Below, piece by piece: positions 9,831 through 19,388 of a stretch of 64,000 nt of DNA. The notes under the pieces were generated by a model, which saw only the letters and a program-made list of their open reading frames with translations, was not told where the DNA came from and made no database searches. A program made the position numbers and the translations under genes. Source of the DNA: Rubripirellula sp. (GTDB lineage: Bacteria; Planctomycetota; Planctomycetia; Pirellulales; Pirellulaceae); assembly GCA_965216875.1 (NCBI GenBank), contig OZ244207.1, forward strand, positions 5,376,001 through 5,440,000, written 5' to 3'. The number at the start of each line of letters is the position of its first letter. Position 1 is the stretch's first letter.

Positions 9831-10892
9831 ATGTCCAAACAGACCGATCCAATCGATTTACGCAGCGACACGGTGACGCAGCCGACCGCGGCGATGCGAG
9901 AGGCGATCGCGTCGGCAGTGGTGGGTGACGCGGTGATTGATGTCGACCCGACGGTCGAGCGTTTGGAGAACATCACCGCGGAACTGCTCGGCAAAGAAGC
10001 GGCGGTCTTCATGCCCAGTGGCTCGATGACCAACCAGATCGCGGTGCGTGTGCACTGTGACCGAAGCAGCGAGTTTTTGTGCGAAGCCGATTGCCATATT
10101 TACCATTACGAACAGGGGGCCTTTGCCCAACTCTCTGGGCTCGTTGCCCATACGGTCGCCGGGGACGATGGCGTCCTCACCGTCGATCACCTCCGCGGAA
10201 TGATTAGACCCGAGAACGAACACATGGTTCGCACTCAATTGGTTTGCTTGGAAAACACCCACAACCGCTGGGGTGGTCGCATTCAGCCACAGGACGAGGT
10301 GGAACACATCTGCCAGTGGGCCAAAGAAAACGGACTCGCTTGCCACCTCGACGGCGCGCGACTTTGGAACGCGTCGATTGCAACCGGGATTTCTGAGCGT
10401 GAACTTGCCGAGCCCTTTGATTCGGTCAGTGTCTGTTTCAGCAAAGGCTTGGGCGCCCCGGTCGGCTCGATCCTTGCCGGAACGGCGAAGTTCATTACCG
10501 AAGCGCGGCGAGCGAGAAAGTTGTTTGGGGGCGGAATGCGGCAGGCAGGCGTTTTGGCAGCCGGAGCCGTCCACGCTCTCGATCATCACCGTGAACGCTT
10601 GGCCGATGACCACGCCCATGCCCAACGTCTCGGTGATGCATGCAGTGCTTGCAGCTCGCTCGAAATCCGTGGCGGACGCATCGACACGAACATTGTGATC
10701 TGCGAGGTAGATCCCGATTGGGGCGATGGCGAGTCGTTGGCGTCACAGTTGGAATCTCAAGGCGTGCGTTGTTTTGCGATTGGGAAACAAGCGATTCGTC
10801 TGGTCACCCATCTCGATGTCGACTCAGCGCAAATCGATCGTGCTTGTGAAATCATCAAATCGGTCGCCAGCAAATCGGTCCAAAACGTCTGA
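9831..10892 (+). CDS. ltaE: Low-specificity L-threonine aldolase
   Basis: IDLRSDTVT, LENTHN, HLDGARLWNA, CFSKGLGAPVGS. Confidence 0.92.
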   Translation: MSKQTDPIDLRSDTVTQPTAAMREAIASAVVGDAVIDVDPTVERLENITAELLGKEAAVFMPSGSMTNQIAVRVHCDRSSEFLCEADCHIYHYEQGAFAQLSGLVAHTVAGDDGVLTVDHLRGMIRPENEHMVRTQLVCLENTHNRWGGRIQPQDEVEHICQWAKENGLACHLDGARLWNASIATGISERELAEPFDSVSVCFSKGLGAPVGSILAGTAKFITEARRARKLFGGGMRQAGVLAAGAVHALDHHRERLADDHAHAQRLGDACSACSSLEIRGGRIDTNIVICEVDPDWGDGESLASQLESQGVRCFAIGKQAIRLVTHLDVDSAQIDRACEIIKSVASKSVQNV

Positions 10893-12457
10893 TGGAATCG
10901 GCCGAATCGTCTTGCCCGGTTCGTGATGAAAACGATCATCGCGTCTGCTGGAAACGCCTGACCGTTTGGTCATGCGCTATCTTCGCCGCCGCCGTTGCGC
11001 TGCGGATGCCGTCCTGTTACGAGAGTTTTTGGGTCGACGAATTGCATTCGGCTTGGACGGTCTGGGGCAGCCTTGGTGATGTCTTTCACCGTTCCGACAT
11101 TGGACATCAATCGCCGATCTATTTCCTTGGGCTTTGGCTTTGGAAAGCCGTGGTTGGCGAAAGCGAATTGGCGCTGCGACTCAGCAGCGTGCTTGCGGTT
11201 TCGGCAGCGTGCGGGTTGCTAACGTTTGGCATCGGGCGATGGACCAACAACCTACTTGCGGGCTTGGCATCGGGCGCCATCCTTGCGATTGAGTCGAACA
11301 GTCTGTTCTTTGGCACAGAACTGCGCCCTTACGCGTTCGTGATTCTCTTTTCGAGCATCGCGTGTTTGTTCTATCTGAGGATCCTTGACACCCGTTCGCG
11401 TGGCGAAGATTCGGTTGGTTGGTGCGGATTGATCGTTGCCGTTGTCCTTGCCGCAATCTGTCAACCAACATCGGCCGGAGTGCTCGCGTGGTTGCCGCTT
11501 ACGTTGATTGCGATCTGGTTCGTTCGAGATCGAAAGCAACTCTTGCGAGTTTCGATGCTCGATGGGGTCGTTCTGATCTCGCTCTCGGCGATCGGGTTTG
11601 CACTTTGGCGAATCACGCTAGGTGAATCGTGGCAGCAACGTGACAATTGGGCGTCCTTTGCGACAGCGCAAAACATCAACCAGCTTTGGCAAGCTTGGAA
11701 TTGGCGGTGGTTGGCGATCATTCCTGCCGGACTGCTGGTCGTGTCGCTCGTCGTGCATCGAGTCCGCCGTCCGGACACCAACAAGCGCCGCCGGCCGATC
11801 TATCTCGCAACATGCTTGATGCTGCTTATCAGCTTCGTCGCAACGCTTCTGTTTTGGGCAGTGTCGGTGATGGAGTGGGTTCCCATTTGGCATCGTCGTT
11901 TCTTCGTCGCAGTCCTGCCGATGTTCGCAATCATTGCTGGCGGTGTTGTGGCGGCATATGGACAACAAGTTGCCAAGCCAAACCGAAGAGGGGCAATCAG
12001 TTTGGCGATTGGCACCTTGCTGGTCGTCGGCTTGGGAGTGAGCCAAAAGACATTCCAGCGTCTCGACCGTTACCCCGTCGCGCTGGTCCGGCGGGGTGAA
12101 GATTGGCGGGGAGCGGTTGAGTGGGTCAATCGAAATATCGAAGGAAACAACCTGGTCTACATCGACAGTGGTTTGATTGAGAGCCAGCAGTTACTCGGCG
12201 GCGTTGTGATCGTTCGGTCGGAGTTGCCTGCCGAGCAGAGGGAGTACCTCTCGTACCCTGTCCTTGGACCTTATCAACTCGCCGATTGCAGAGTCAGTCC
12301 CGTGTTTTATGGCTACCTCAATCATCCAACAAGAAGAGCATTCATGTTGATTCGTCGTCCCGTCGACCGCCGCCAATTGCCCTTGGGTACGGGCATTTAC
12401 GAATTCGGTGGTGTCAAAGTGCTCGCCTTTCCAAGCCGCCTCGACATGGTGCGCTGA
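10892..12457 (+). CDS. GT-C-type (GT39/PMT-like) membrane glycosyltransferase
   Basis: SFWVDE after the first TM helix, HQSPIYF, LRLSSVL, ELRPYA; many TM helices. Confidence 0.75.
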   Translation: MESAESSCPVRDENDHRVCWKRLTVWSCAIFAAAVALRMPSCYESFWVDELHSAWTVWGSLGDVFHRSDIGHQSPIYFLGLWLWKAVVGESELALRLSSVLAVSAACGLLTFGIGRWTNNLLAGLASGAILAIESNSLFFGTELRPYAFVILFSSIACLFYLRILDTRSRGEDSVGWCGLIVAVVLAAICQPTSAGVLAWLPLTLIAIWFVRDRKQLLRVSMLDGVVLISLSAIGFALWRITLGESWQQRDNWASFATAQNINQLWQAWNWRWLAIIPAGLLVVSLVVHRVRRPDTNKRRRPIYLATCLMLLISFVATLLFWAVSVMEWVPIWHRRFFVAVLPMFAIIAGGVVAAYGQQVAKPNRRGAISLAIGTLLVVGLGVSQKTFQRLDRYPVALVRRGEDWRGAVEWVNRNIEGNNLVYIDSGLIESQQLLGGVVIVRSELPAEQREYLSYPVLGPYQLADCRVSPVFYGYLNHPTRRAFMLIRRPVDRRQLPLGTGIYEFGGVKVLAFPSRLDMVR

Positions 12458-12559
12458 GCTTCGGTGCACCAAGTGCGCTGAGCTTTGATGAACCAGTGCG
12501 CTGTATTGCCGCGGTTACGCCCATTGTTTGACCACGGTCTAGAATGAACCGTGTCGACC

Positions 12560-12625
12560 GTTCGTAGTACCGAGCTTTAGCCGGAATCTTTGCTCCTTCC
12601 GCCTGAAGGCGGGACCACAAACGGT
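12560..12625. repeat. Family C REP-like inverted doublet
   Basis: GTTCGTAGTACCGAGCTTTAGCCGGAA faces the related arm TTCCGCCTGAAGGCGGGACCACAAAC. Confidence 0.75.
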
Positions 12626-12679
12626 GAGAGTGCCTGGCTTGAGCACCCTCGGCCCAAACATTCGTTCAGGCTTTCAGAG

Positions 12680-14068
12680 TTGCCACGTCTTCCGCATCTA
12701 ACGATCACAATCCTTTTCCTGAGTGCTCTTGCACTCAGGGAGATGGCTGATGATGCGCTAGCAGATGATGCATCCAACGGGGGCAATGCGGATCGGGGCT
12801 ACAAGTTGCTGACCGAAACGCCTGTGTTGCCGAGTGACTTTTCGGACGACGTCTTCAATCAAGTGTGGCGTAGTTGGCCGGAACCGCTGCGAAGCCGCGC
12901 TGAATCGGCCAGTCTTTCAAAGCGGCGAGCGATGGCGTTTACGCGTTACGGTCTCTCGACCCGCCCAGGCGACTCCTCTGGCAAACCGCTGCAGTACGTC
13001 GTCGATGACAAACAGCAATGGACAATGAATTGCTTTTCCTGTCATGGCGGAAGCGTTTATGGAAAAACGACGCCAGGCGCACCAAACAATCGCTTCGACC
13101 TACAAACACTTACCGAAGAAGTCCGGTCGACCAAGTTTCGCGTCGGTCAACCGCTCACTCGGATGGATCTTGGCGCGCTGGTGATCCCACTGGGAACGAC
13201 CCACGGCACCACCAACGCCGTCGTCTTTGGCATGGGACTGATGCACCATCGTGACACCGAGCTCAACATCATTGACCGACCGCCCGTTCGCTTCACGCAT
13301 CACGACATGGACGCGCCGCCTTGGTGGCACTTTCATAAACGGCCACACATTTACATCGATGGTTTCGCCGAGAAAGGGCACCGCGGCTTGATGCAATTCA
13401 TGCTCGTTCCCGAGAACGGACCTGAGTTCTTTCGCAATCACGAAGAGGACTTTCGCGATGTCTTTGCCTACATCAGTTCGCTTCGGCCACCAAAGTACCA
13501 AGGTCCGGTTGATCGCCAGCTTGCGTTGCGTGGTGAAGTGATCTTCAACCGCTCCTGTGCTGATTGCCACGGAACCTACGGCGACAACTCGTCGTATCCC
13601 GATGTCCGTATTCCGATCGAAGAGATCGGGACCGATTCGGTGCGTCTCACCGCACTCTCGGTCGCGGGACGTTCGAAGTATGCCAACAGTTGGTTCGCAC
13701 ACGCTGGTGAAGCGGACGAACAAACGACCGTCGTTGATCCGGACGGCTACGTCGCGCCGCCGCTCGACGGTGTTTGGGCAAGCCCGCCCTATTTCCATAA
13801 CGGAAGCGTGCCAACGCTGTGGCATGTGCTTCACCCCGAAGCTCGACCGACCGTTTGGCGCCGAAGCGAAACCGACATGGATCACGATCGAGTGGGTTTC
13901 AAAATCGAGGTGGCGAAGAAAGTGCCGCTCACCGAACCCGATGTCTCGATTCGGCGCAGCTATTTTGACACCCGCCGATTTGGCAAAGGCAACGGAGGCC
14001 ACGACTATCCAAGCGAGTTAAGCGAACCAGAGAAGCGGGCAGTCTTGGAATATTTGAAGACCCTGTAG
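12680..14068 (+). CDS. Exported diheme c-type cytochrome, RoxA/MauG-like
   Basis: CFSCH and CADCH heme sites, DAPPWW, YVAPPLDGVWASPPYFHNGSVPTL; signal-like N-terminus. Start uncertain. Confidence 0.8.
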   Translation: MPRLPHLTITILFLSALALREMADDALADDASNGGNADRGYKLLTETPVLPSDFSDDVFNQVWRSWPEPLRSRAESASLSKRRAMAFTRYGLSTRPGDSSGKPLQYVVDDKQQWTMNCFSCHGGSVYGKTTPGAPNNRFDLQTLTEEVRSTKFRVGQPLTRMDLGALVIPLGTTHGTTNAVVFGMGLMHHRDTELNIIDRPPVRFTHHDMDAPPWWHFHKRPHIYIDGFAEKGHRGLMQFMLVPENGPEFFRNHEEDFRDVFAYISSLRPPKYQGPVDRQLALRGEVIFNRSCADCHGTYGDNSSYPDVRIPIEEIGTDSVRLTALSVAGRSKYANSWFAHAGEADEQTTVVDPDGYVAPPLDGVWASPPYFHNGSVPTLWHVLHPEARPTVWRRSETDMDHDRVGFKIEVAKKVPLTEPDVSIRRSYFDTRRFGKGNGGHDYPSELSEPEKRAVLEYLKTL

Positions 14069-14074
14069 GTCATG

Positions 14075-14613
14075 AGCCCGCAGGGCGCTAAATCCCAGCC
14101 GGCTCAGCCCGGAGGGCGATAGATCACTGCCGGCGGCGTCAGCCGCCGGTGTGCTGGTCTGCTGAATGAAAAGCCCGAAGGGCGACAGAGTTGGGATGCA
14201 TGAAGTCGATGTATCGCCCTCCGGGCTTAACGAAGTCGTCTCGCGTCCGGTGGCTGACGCCACCGGCAAGGATATTTCGCCCTCCGGGCTTCAGTTCCAA
14301 AGCCCGGAGGGCGGCAAATCACAGCCGGCGGCGTCAGCCGCCGGTGTGTTTTGGTCTGCTAAATGAAAAGCCCGAAGGGCGACACATTTGCTAAGCAGGA
14401 TTTCGATGTATCGCCCTCCGGGCTTAACTAGGTGAGGCTTCAGGTCCGGTGGCTGACGCCACCGGCAAAGATATTTCGCCCTCCGGGCTAGGTGCGCCGG
14501 CAAGGATGCGTCGCCCTCCGGGCTTCAGTCGCCAAGCCACACTTAGCCCGGAGGGCGGCAAATCACAGCCGCCGGTATGCTGGTCGATTGGGCGCAAAGC
14601 CCGAAGGGCGACA
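14075..14613. repeat. Left palindromic repeat array of the tnpA locus
   Basis: Two complete ~185-bp palindromic units (14106-14290, 14301-14489) plus a left arm (14545-14613), built from AGCCCG(G/A)AGGGCG and CCGG(C/T)GGC..GCC(G/A)CCGG hairpins. Confidence 0.92.
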
Positions 14614-14634
14614 GATTCAAATGGGGCAACTTCG

Positions 14635-15087
14635 ATGGCTTCTCATCAACAACTCTTGTACCACTTGGTATTCAGCACCAAGGGACGACGACCATTACTA
14701 CGCGACGATTCATTCCGCGATGGGGTTTGGCGATACATGGCGGGTATCTGCAGCAACCTCGAAGGACATGCCATTCAAGTGGGTGGCCACTATGAACATG
14801 CGCATTTGCTGGTCCGAATTCCAGCAAAGATCGCCGTCGCCGATTTTGTGCGTCAGCTCAAATCAAGCACCAGCAAGCACATTAATCAAGTGCGAAACGC
14901 GGCGTTGAAGTTTCATTGGCAAGACGGATACGGCGCTTTTACCGTCAGCAAGTCCAAGTCGGATTTGGTGGTTCAGTACATTGATCGCCAAATGGAGCAT
15001 CATGCCAAGCGAACATTCAAAGATGAGTTTCTAAAGATGCTGGCGGATCATGAAGTTGAGTTTGATCCAAATTACATTTGGGCATGA
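14635..15087 (+). CDS. tnpA: IS200/IS605-family Y1 (HUH) transposase, REP-associated-like
   Basis: YHLVFSTKGR, HUH motif EHAHLL, LKSSTS, FHWQDGYGAFTVS, catalytic YIDRQ. No tnpB follows. Confidence 0.93.
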   Translation: MASHQQLLYHLVFSTKGRRPLLRDDSFRDGVWRYMAGICSNLEGHAIQVGGHYEHAHLLVRIPAKIAVADFVRQLKSSTSKHINQVRNAALKFHWQDGYGAFTVSKSKSDLVVQYIDRQMEHHAKRTFKDEFLKMLADHEVEFDPNYIWA

Positions 15088-15091
15088 TGAA

Positions 15092-15489
15092 TTTGATGTA
15101 TCGCCCTCCGGGCTTAACTAGGTGAGGCCTCGGGTCCGGTGGCTGACGCCACCGGCAAGAATATTGCGCCCTCCGGGCTACGTGCGTCGGCAAGGATGCT
15201 TCACCCTCCGGGCTACAGTCCCAAAGTCGCGCTTAGCCCGCAGGGCGGTAAATCTCTGCCGGCGGCGTCAGCCGCCGGTATGCTGGTCCGCTGAATGAAA
15301 AGCCCGAAGGGCGACACATTTGCTAAGCAGGATTTCGATGTATCGCCCTCCGGGCTTAACAAAGTGGGGCTTCAGGTCCGGTGGCTGACGCCACCGGCAA
15401 GGATATTTCGCCCTCCGGGCTAGGTGTGCCGGCAAGGATGCGTTGGCTCCGGGCTGGGTGTGCCGACAAGGGCGTCGCCTTCCGGGCTC
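15092..15489. repeat. Right palindromic repeat array of the tnpA locus
   Basis: Right arm at 15098-15179, a complete unit at 15235-15421, then decaying CCGGGCT copies to 15489. Confidence 0.92.
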
Positions 15490-15497
15490 GGTGCCCG

Positions 15498-16934
15498 TCA
15501 CTCGTCCGAATCCCCTGACAGCTTTGCTTGGGTTTCGGCGGAGCGGCGGCCGAAGATGATCCCGGTGCCGCGGAGCTTCCAGAGGAAGAAGACTGCACCG
15601 ACGCCCATCAACGCCGCACAGATGTAGAACATTTTTTGCGGCGTATCAAAAGCACCTCGCGCGCCCCAGTAAAGGAGGGATGCGACCGACATAAAACTAA
15701 ATGAGACCGCGTTCGCCGTCCCCAAAAACTGACCACGTTCACCATCAGGCGAGAACTTCTGCAACATCGCCTGCAGCGGGATGATGTAGAACCCTGCACA
15801 GATCCCGGCGCCAAAGATAAAGCCACCCGTGTTGCTGAAAACAACACGAAGCTGTTTCGGCATGTCGGGAAGCGTTGGCTCGATCGAAGCAAGTAGCACG
15901 AAGAAGACGGTCAATCCAGCGGCCCCGATTGGCACCAATCGCGGCTCGATATGGTGACCGGAAATCAAGCCAGCAAGCGCGCACCCGAGTCCGACTGAGA
16001 TTCCAAGGACGCCCATCAGCGCGCTCGCTTCGCTGCGATCGATCCCGAGCACTTCGTTGTATTCAGGAATGATCAACAGTGCGATCGCTGCAAGCATGTA
16101 AAAATAACCCCACGCCATCATGACCATCAACAAACGTGTCTTGGACATTTCCTTGATCACGGTGATGTAGGTCGCAAGCGGGTTGAAGTTGTATTTCAAA
16201 CTCTTGTCGCCTGGCTTGACCGGGGTCAAAAAGAACGCGCAAACGAGTCCGACAAGGGCGACTAGGATAAGAGCCACTCCGGGCAGCCACATGATCGGAT
16301 CTGCCGTGACGACGCTGCCATCGGCCAGTTCGACCGGCTTGGGTTGGTAGGCATCGGCGATCTTGCCGCCAAGCCAAGTTCCCAAGATGACCGCTAGGTT
16401 GGTCATCATGTTGATCGTGCCATTGGCGCGACTGAGGTCTGAGTCTTTGACCAGCTCGGGAATCATCCCGTACTTGGCTGGACCAAAGAACGAACTTTGG
16501 CACGCCAGCGCGATCAAGGCGAGCAGGGTGATCCAAGCGTTGTCGGTAAAGAAACCGATCGCCCCGATCGCAGCAATCGGCACTTCGGCAATCTTCACCC
16601 ATTTGGTGACGGTTCGTTTGGAATGACGGTCCGCGACTTGGCCAGCAAACCCCGACAGCAAGACGAACGGGACGGCAAAGCAAACACCGACGAAACCTTG
16701 ACCACCGACACCAAACGCCGTTTCCCACGGACCACCTTCGATCACCATGAACGCCAACACCATCTTCAAGACGTTGTCGTTCATCGCCCCAAAGAACTGG
16801 GTGGCGACCAGCGAAAGGAAGCCAGGTTTGACAAGATTGCTTTTCACGAGAGCCGCATCCAAGGAGGTGTCGCACTTGCAGCCAGAGCCCCTCTTGGGCT
16901 TTGGCGCTCGTGATCTTACCGAAATGGCGGGCAA
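15498..16934 (-). CDS. MFS transporter, LplT/Aas MFS-domain-like
   Basis: TQFFGAMNDN, AGQVADRHSKR, SSFFGPAKYGMIPE; about 12 TM helices. Start uncertain. Confidence 0.88.
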   Translation of the reverse strand: MPAISVRSRAPKPKRGSGCKCDTSLDAALVKSNLVKPGFLSLVATQFFGAMNDNVLKMVLAFMVIEGGPWETAFGVGGQGFVGVCFAVPFVLLSGFAGQVADRHSKRTVTKWVKIAEVPIAAIGAIGFFTDNAWITLLALIALACQSSFFGPAKYGMIPELVKDSDLSRANGTINMMTNLAVILGTWLGGKIADAYQPKPVELADGSVVTADPIMWLPGVALILVALVGLVCAFFLTPVKPGDKSLKYNFNPLATYITVIKEMSKTRLLMVMMAWGYFYMLAAIALLIIPEYNEVLGIDRSEASALMGVLGISVGLGCALAGLISGHHIEPRLVPIGAAGLTVFFVLLASIEPTLPDMPKQLRVVFSNTGGFIFGAGICAGFYIIPLQAMLQKFSPDGERGQFLGTANAVSFSFMSVASLLYWGARGAFDTPQKMFYICAALMGVGAVFFLWKLRGTGIIFGRRSAETQAKLSGDSDE

Positions 16935-16937
16935 TCA

Positions 16938-17303
16938 CTAAGAACGATATTTTTCGACCGCTTCGGGCAGTGGGTAAGCGGTCACGTCACGATCGCCCGT
17001 TTGAGCTGAAATCTCGAGCAATCGCGTGAATCCCCGAGTCACCAGGCTTGTTCGAGCGCCTGCGTATTGCGGGTCAAGAAGCCGCCGATCCATCGCGCCG
17101 TCGACCACAACGGGGTCGAATTTGGGGTGCTCGATAAACTGGGCGAGTACCGGATTGCAACGAATGTGACGCTCGGGGCTGGTGTGAAGCACCTCGGGAT
17201 CGAGCTCGCCTATCACATAGCGAAGGTAAAGATCGCTCTCGAAAATCGCAGCGACATCCTTGCCACAGACTTCGCAAACGTAGCCTTCGTCGCATTTCGC
17301 CAT
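16938..17303 (-). CDS. Hypothetical protein with Cys motifs
   Basis: MAKCDEGYVCEVC..HIRC; tightly packed between dapB and the MFS gene. Confidence 0.75.
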   Translation of the reverse strand: MAKCDEGYVCEVCGKDVAAIFESDLYLRYVIGELDPEVLHTSPERHIRCNPVLAQFIEHPKFDPVVVDGAMDRRLLDPQYAGARTSLVTRGFTRLLEISAQTGDRDVTAYPLPEAVEKYRS

Positions 17304-17331
17304 GGCGGGTCCAAGTTTGTTGGGGCGTCTT

Positions 17332-18138
17332 TTAGGAGAGCCCCAACACGTCGAACATGTTGTAGAGGCCGGGTCCTTTGTCCATCAACCATTTTGCCGC
17401 AGTCAATGCGCCGGACGCATAGCAGTCACGATTGCTTGCCGCCACGTTCAACTCGATCTTTTCGCCCATCATGCCGAACACGATCGTATGCTCACCAGGA
17501 TTGTCGCCAACGCGAATCGCGTGGTATCCGATTTCGTTGCGTGTTCGCTGGCCCGTTTCGCCTTCGCGACCGTGAACATGCTTGGTGTCTTCATCAAGCT
17601 TTTCGGCAATCAGTTCACCGAATCGCAATGCCGTTCCGCTTGGTGCGTCGGCTTTAAAGCGATGGTGCCGCTCTAGAATCTCGATGTCAATTCCGCCGCC
17701 CACATCCTTGAGCGTTTCGGTGATCTGCTGAGTCAACTTCATCGTCAGGTTCACCGCCATCGACATACTTGGTGCCCAAACGATTGGGATTTGATGCGCG
17801 GCGTTGGCAAGGTCCGATTTTTGGTCGTCGGTCAATCCAGTCGTCGCAACCACCAACCGCGTTTGTTTAGCGACGCAGGCTTCCAAGCAAGCGTCGATTG
17901 CATGCGGCAAGGAAAAGTCGACGACGACGTCGACCGCGTCAGGCCACTCGGGCGAAAGAGGCACGCCGACTTCGCCGATCCCAGCAATCGTCCCGGCGTC
18001 CTGGCCAGCAAGATCGTGACCGGCATGGTCGATCGCTGCGACCAATTTCAAGGCTTGATCGTCCGACGCCAAAGCGACCACTCGGCGTCCCATACGTCCG
18101 GCCGCACCGTGCACGGCAATTTGAATTTCGTTGCTCAT
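17332..18138 (-). CDS. dapB: 4-hydroxy-tetrahydrodipicolinate reductase
   Basis: GAAGRMG, VDFS, ATTG, ERHHRFKADAPSGTA. Confidence 0.97.
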   Translation of the reverse strand: MSNEIQIAVHGAAGRMGRRVVALASDDQALKLVAAIDHAGHDLAGQDAGTIAGIGEVGVPLSPEWPDAVDVVVDFSLPHAIDACLEACVAKQTRLVVATTGLTDDQKSDLANAAHQIPIVWAPSMSMAVNLTMKLTQQITETLKDVGGGIDIEILERHHRFKADAPSGTALRFGELIAEKLDEDTKHVHGREGETGQRTRNEIGYHAIRVGDNPGEHTIVFGMMGEKIELNVAASNRDCYASGALTAAKWLMDKGPGLYNMFDVLGLS

Positions 18139-18241
18139 GCCAGGAATGTACCCGGAATCCCCAGCCTTGTAACGGCGGCGGGTAGAATCACGTCTCGATT
18201 CCGCGGTCGCAAGATCGTCGCACCCCACTCGGAGCAAGCTG

Positions 18242-19042
18242 ATGTTTTCGTGGCTGAAGAAGAAGGAACCGGTCAAACCCGAAACCTACGGACCGGAATT
18301 CTCGGTCACCTTCCACAATGACCAGGGCAGCTGGGAAGAATCGGTCAATTTGCTCGACGTGATGTCTGAAGTGATGGCCCAATCGGGCGTCGAGTTGACT
18401 CGAAAAGGCGACTCGCTGGTCGACCCGAAGACGGGATTCGAGTTTCGCCCCGAGTTCCTATCGCTCGAACCCGGCGAAGGTTCGGTGTCGACGTGCAGCG
18501 TCACAACGGTCATCCATCCAAAGATTTGCCCCGATGGAATCTTCGAATACCAGCACGCCGGGGGCGACGATCTTGCCGGCTCCTTTCGGCAAGGGTTCGA
18601 GATGTGGCAGCAAACCGATTACGCGACGCTCAAAGAAGCAGTACTCCCCAAGCCAGACAACCTCACACACATGGAGATGAAACTGCCCGATGGTCGAGTG
18701 CGCCGCATCCTGCTTGGTCCGGTCGCCCACTACGTCGAAGACGAAGAAGCTCATCTTGCCGGTTCGAAATGCTCGCCCGACGGCGACGAGCATCCATTCT
18801 GTCCGTGTTGTCTTTTCACAAACACACTGATGGCGTTCAAGCCGCTGCTCGATACCGATGACTTTTATGCACTGCGCATGTTTGCATCACGAGACGAGAC
18901 CGGAAGGGCCCAGGCCGATTGCCGCGTTAACGGCCACGACGACCGTAAGGGAATGGCAGAGCTGAAGAAGTACATCAACCAATGGCCGCAAGCTGGTTTT
19001 GAGTTTCGAAAACAATACGTGCTCATCCAATCAGTGAAGTAA
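18242..19042 (+). CDS. Hypothetical protein (possibly DUF6348-like)
   Basis: 266-aa ORF with HPFCPCCLF and ADCRVNG. Family recalled from memory, not verified. Confidence 0.65.
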   Translation: MFSWLKKKEPVKPETYGPEFSVTFHNDQGSWEESVNLLDVMSEVMAQSGVELTRKGDSLVDPKTGFEFRPEFLSLEPGEGSVSTCSVTTVIHPKICPDGIFEYQHAGGDDLAGSFRQGFEMWQQTDYATLKEAVLPKPDNLTHMEMKLPDGRVRRILLGPVAHYVEDEEAHLAGSKCSPDGDEHPFCPCCLFTNTLMAFKPLLDTDDFYALRMFASRDETGRAQADCRVNGHDDRKGMAELKKYINQWPQAGFEFRKQYVLIQSVK

Positions 19043-19056
19043 CACGCCGTTGCAAA

Positions 19057-19375
19057 GTCGCCTTTCGCTCCGCGAAAGCAGCGTCCGCAAATGCAACCGT
19101 CGCCAACTCCTGAGCCGTACGCGCTAGCGTCGGGCCTTGCTGCTTACGCGTTCGCATTTTGTCGCCTTTCGCTCCGCGAAAGTAGCGTCCGCAAACGCAA
19201 CTTTTGCGGAGCAAAAGGCGACTCATTCAAAGCTCGACTCAAAAACCACAGCCCTCTGGCGCGCGCAGGAACTGGGCGAGTTGCCGCAGAGCGGCGAAGA
19301 GTGTGTTCCCACGGGGACCGTGGGAACAAGGTAGGTAGTATCCGCAAGCGCAACTATTGCGGAGCAAAAGGCGAC
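19057..19375. repeat. REP-like cluster: family D arms and doublet, inverted family B copy, extra palindrome
   Basis: GTCGCCTTTCGCTCCGCGAAAG at 19057 and 19161; complementary arms end at 19222 and 19375; TGTTCCCACGGGGACCGTGGGAACA at 19304-19328. Confidence 0.85.
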
Positions 19376-19388
19376 TATTTCAAAACAC

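Noticed and set aside
14449..14634. N-terminal extension of the tnpA ORF and small ORFs inside the arrays
   Set aside because: These are translations of GC-rich repeats; the Y1 domain begins at ATG 14635.
14075..15489. Possible CRISPR array
   Set aside because: Repeats alternate in orientation, the intervening sequences are themselves repeated, and there are no cas genes.
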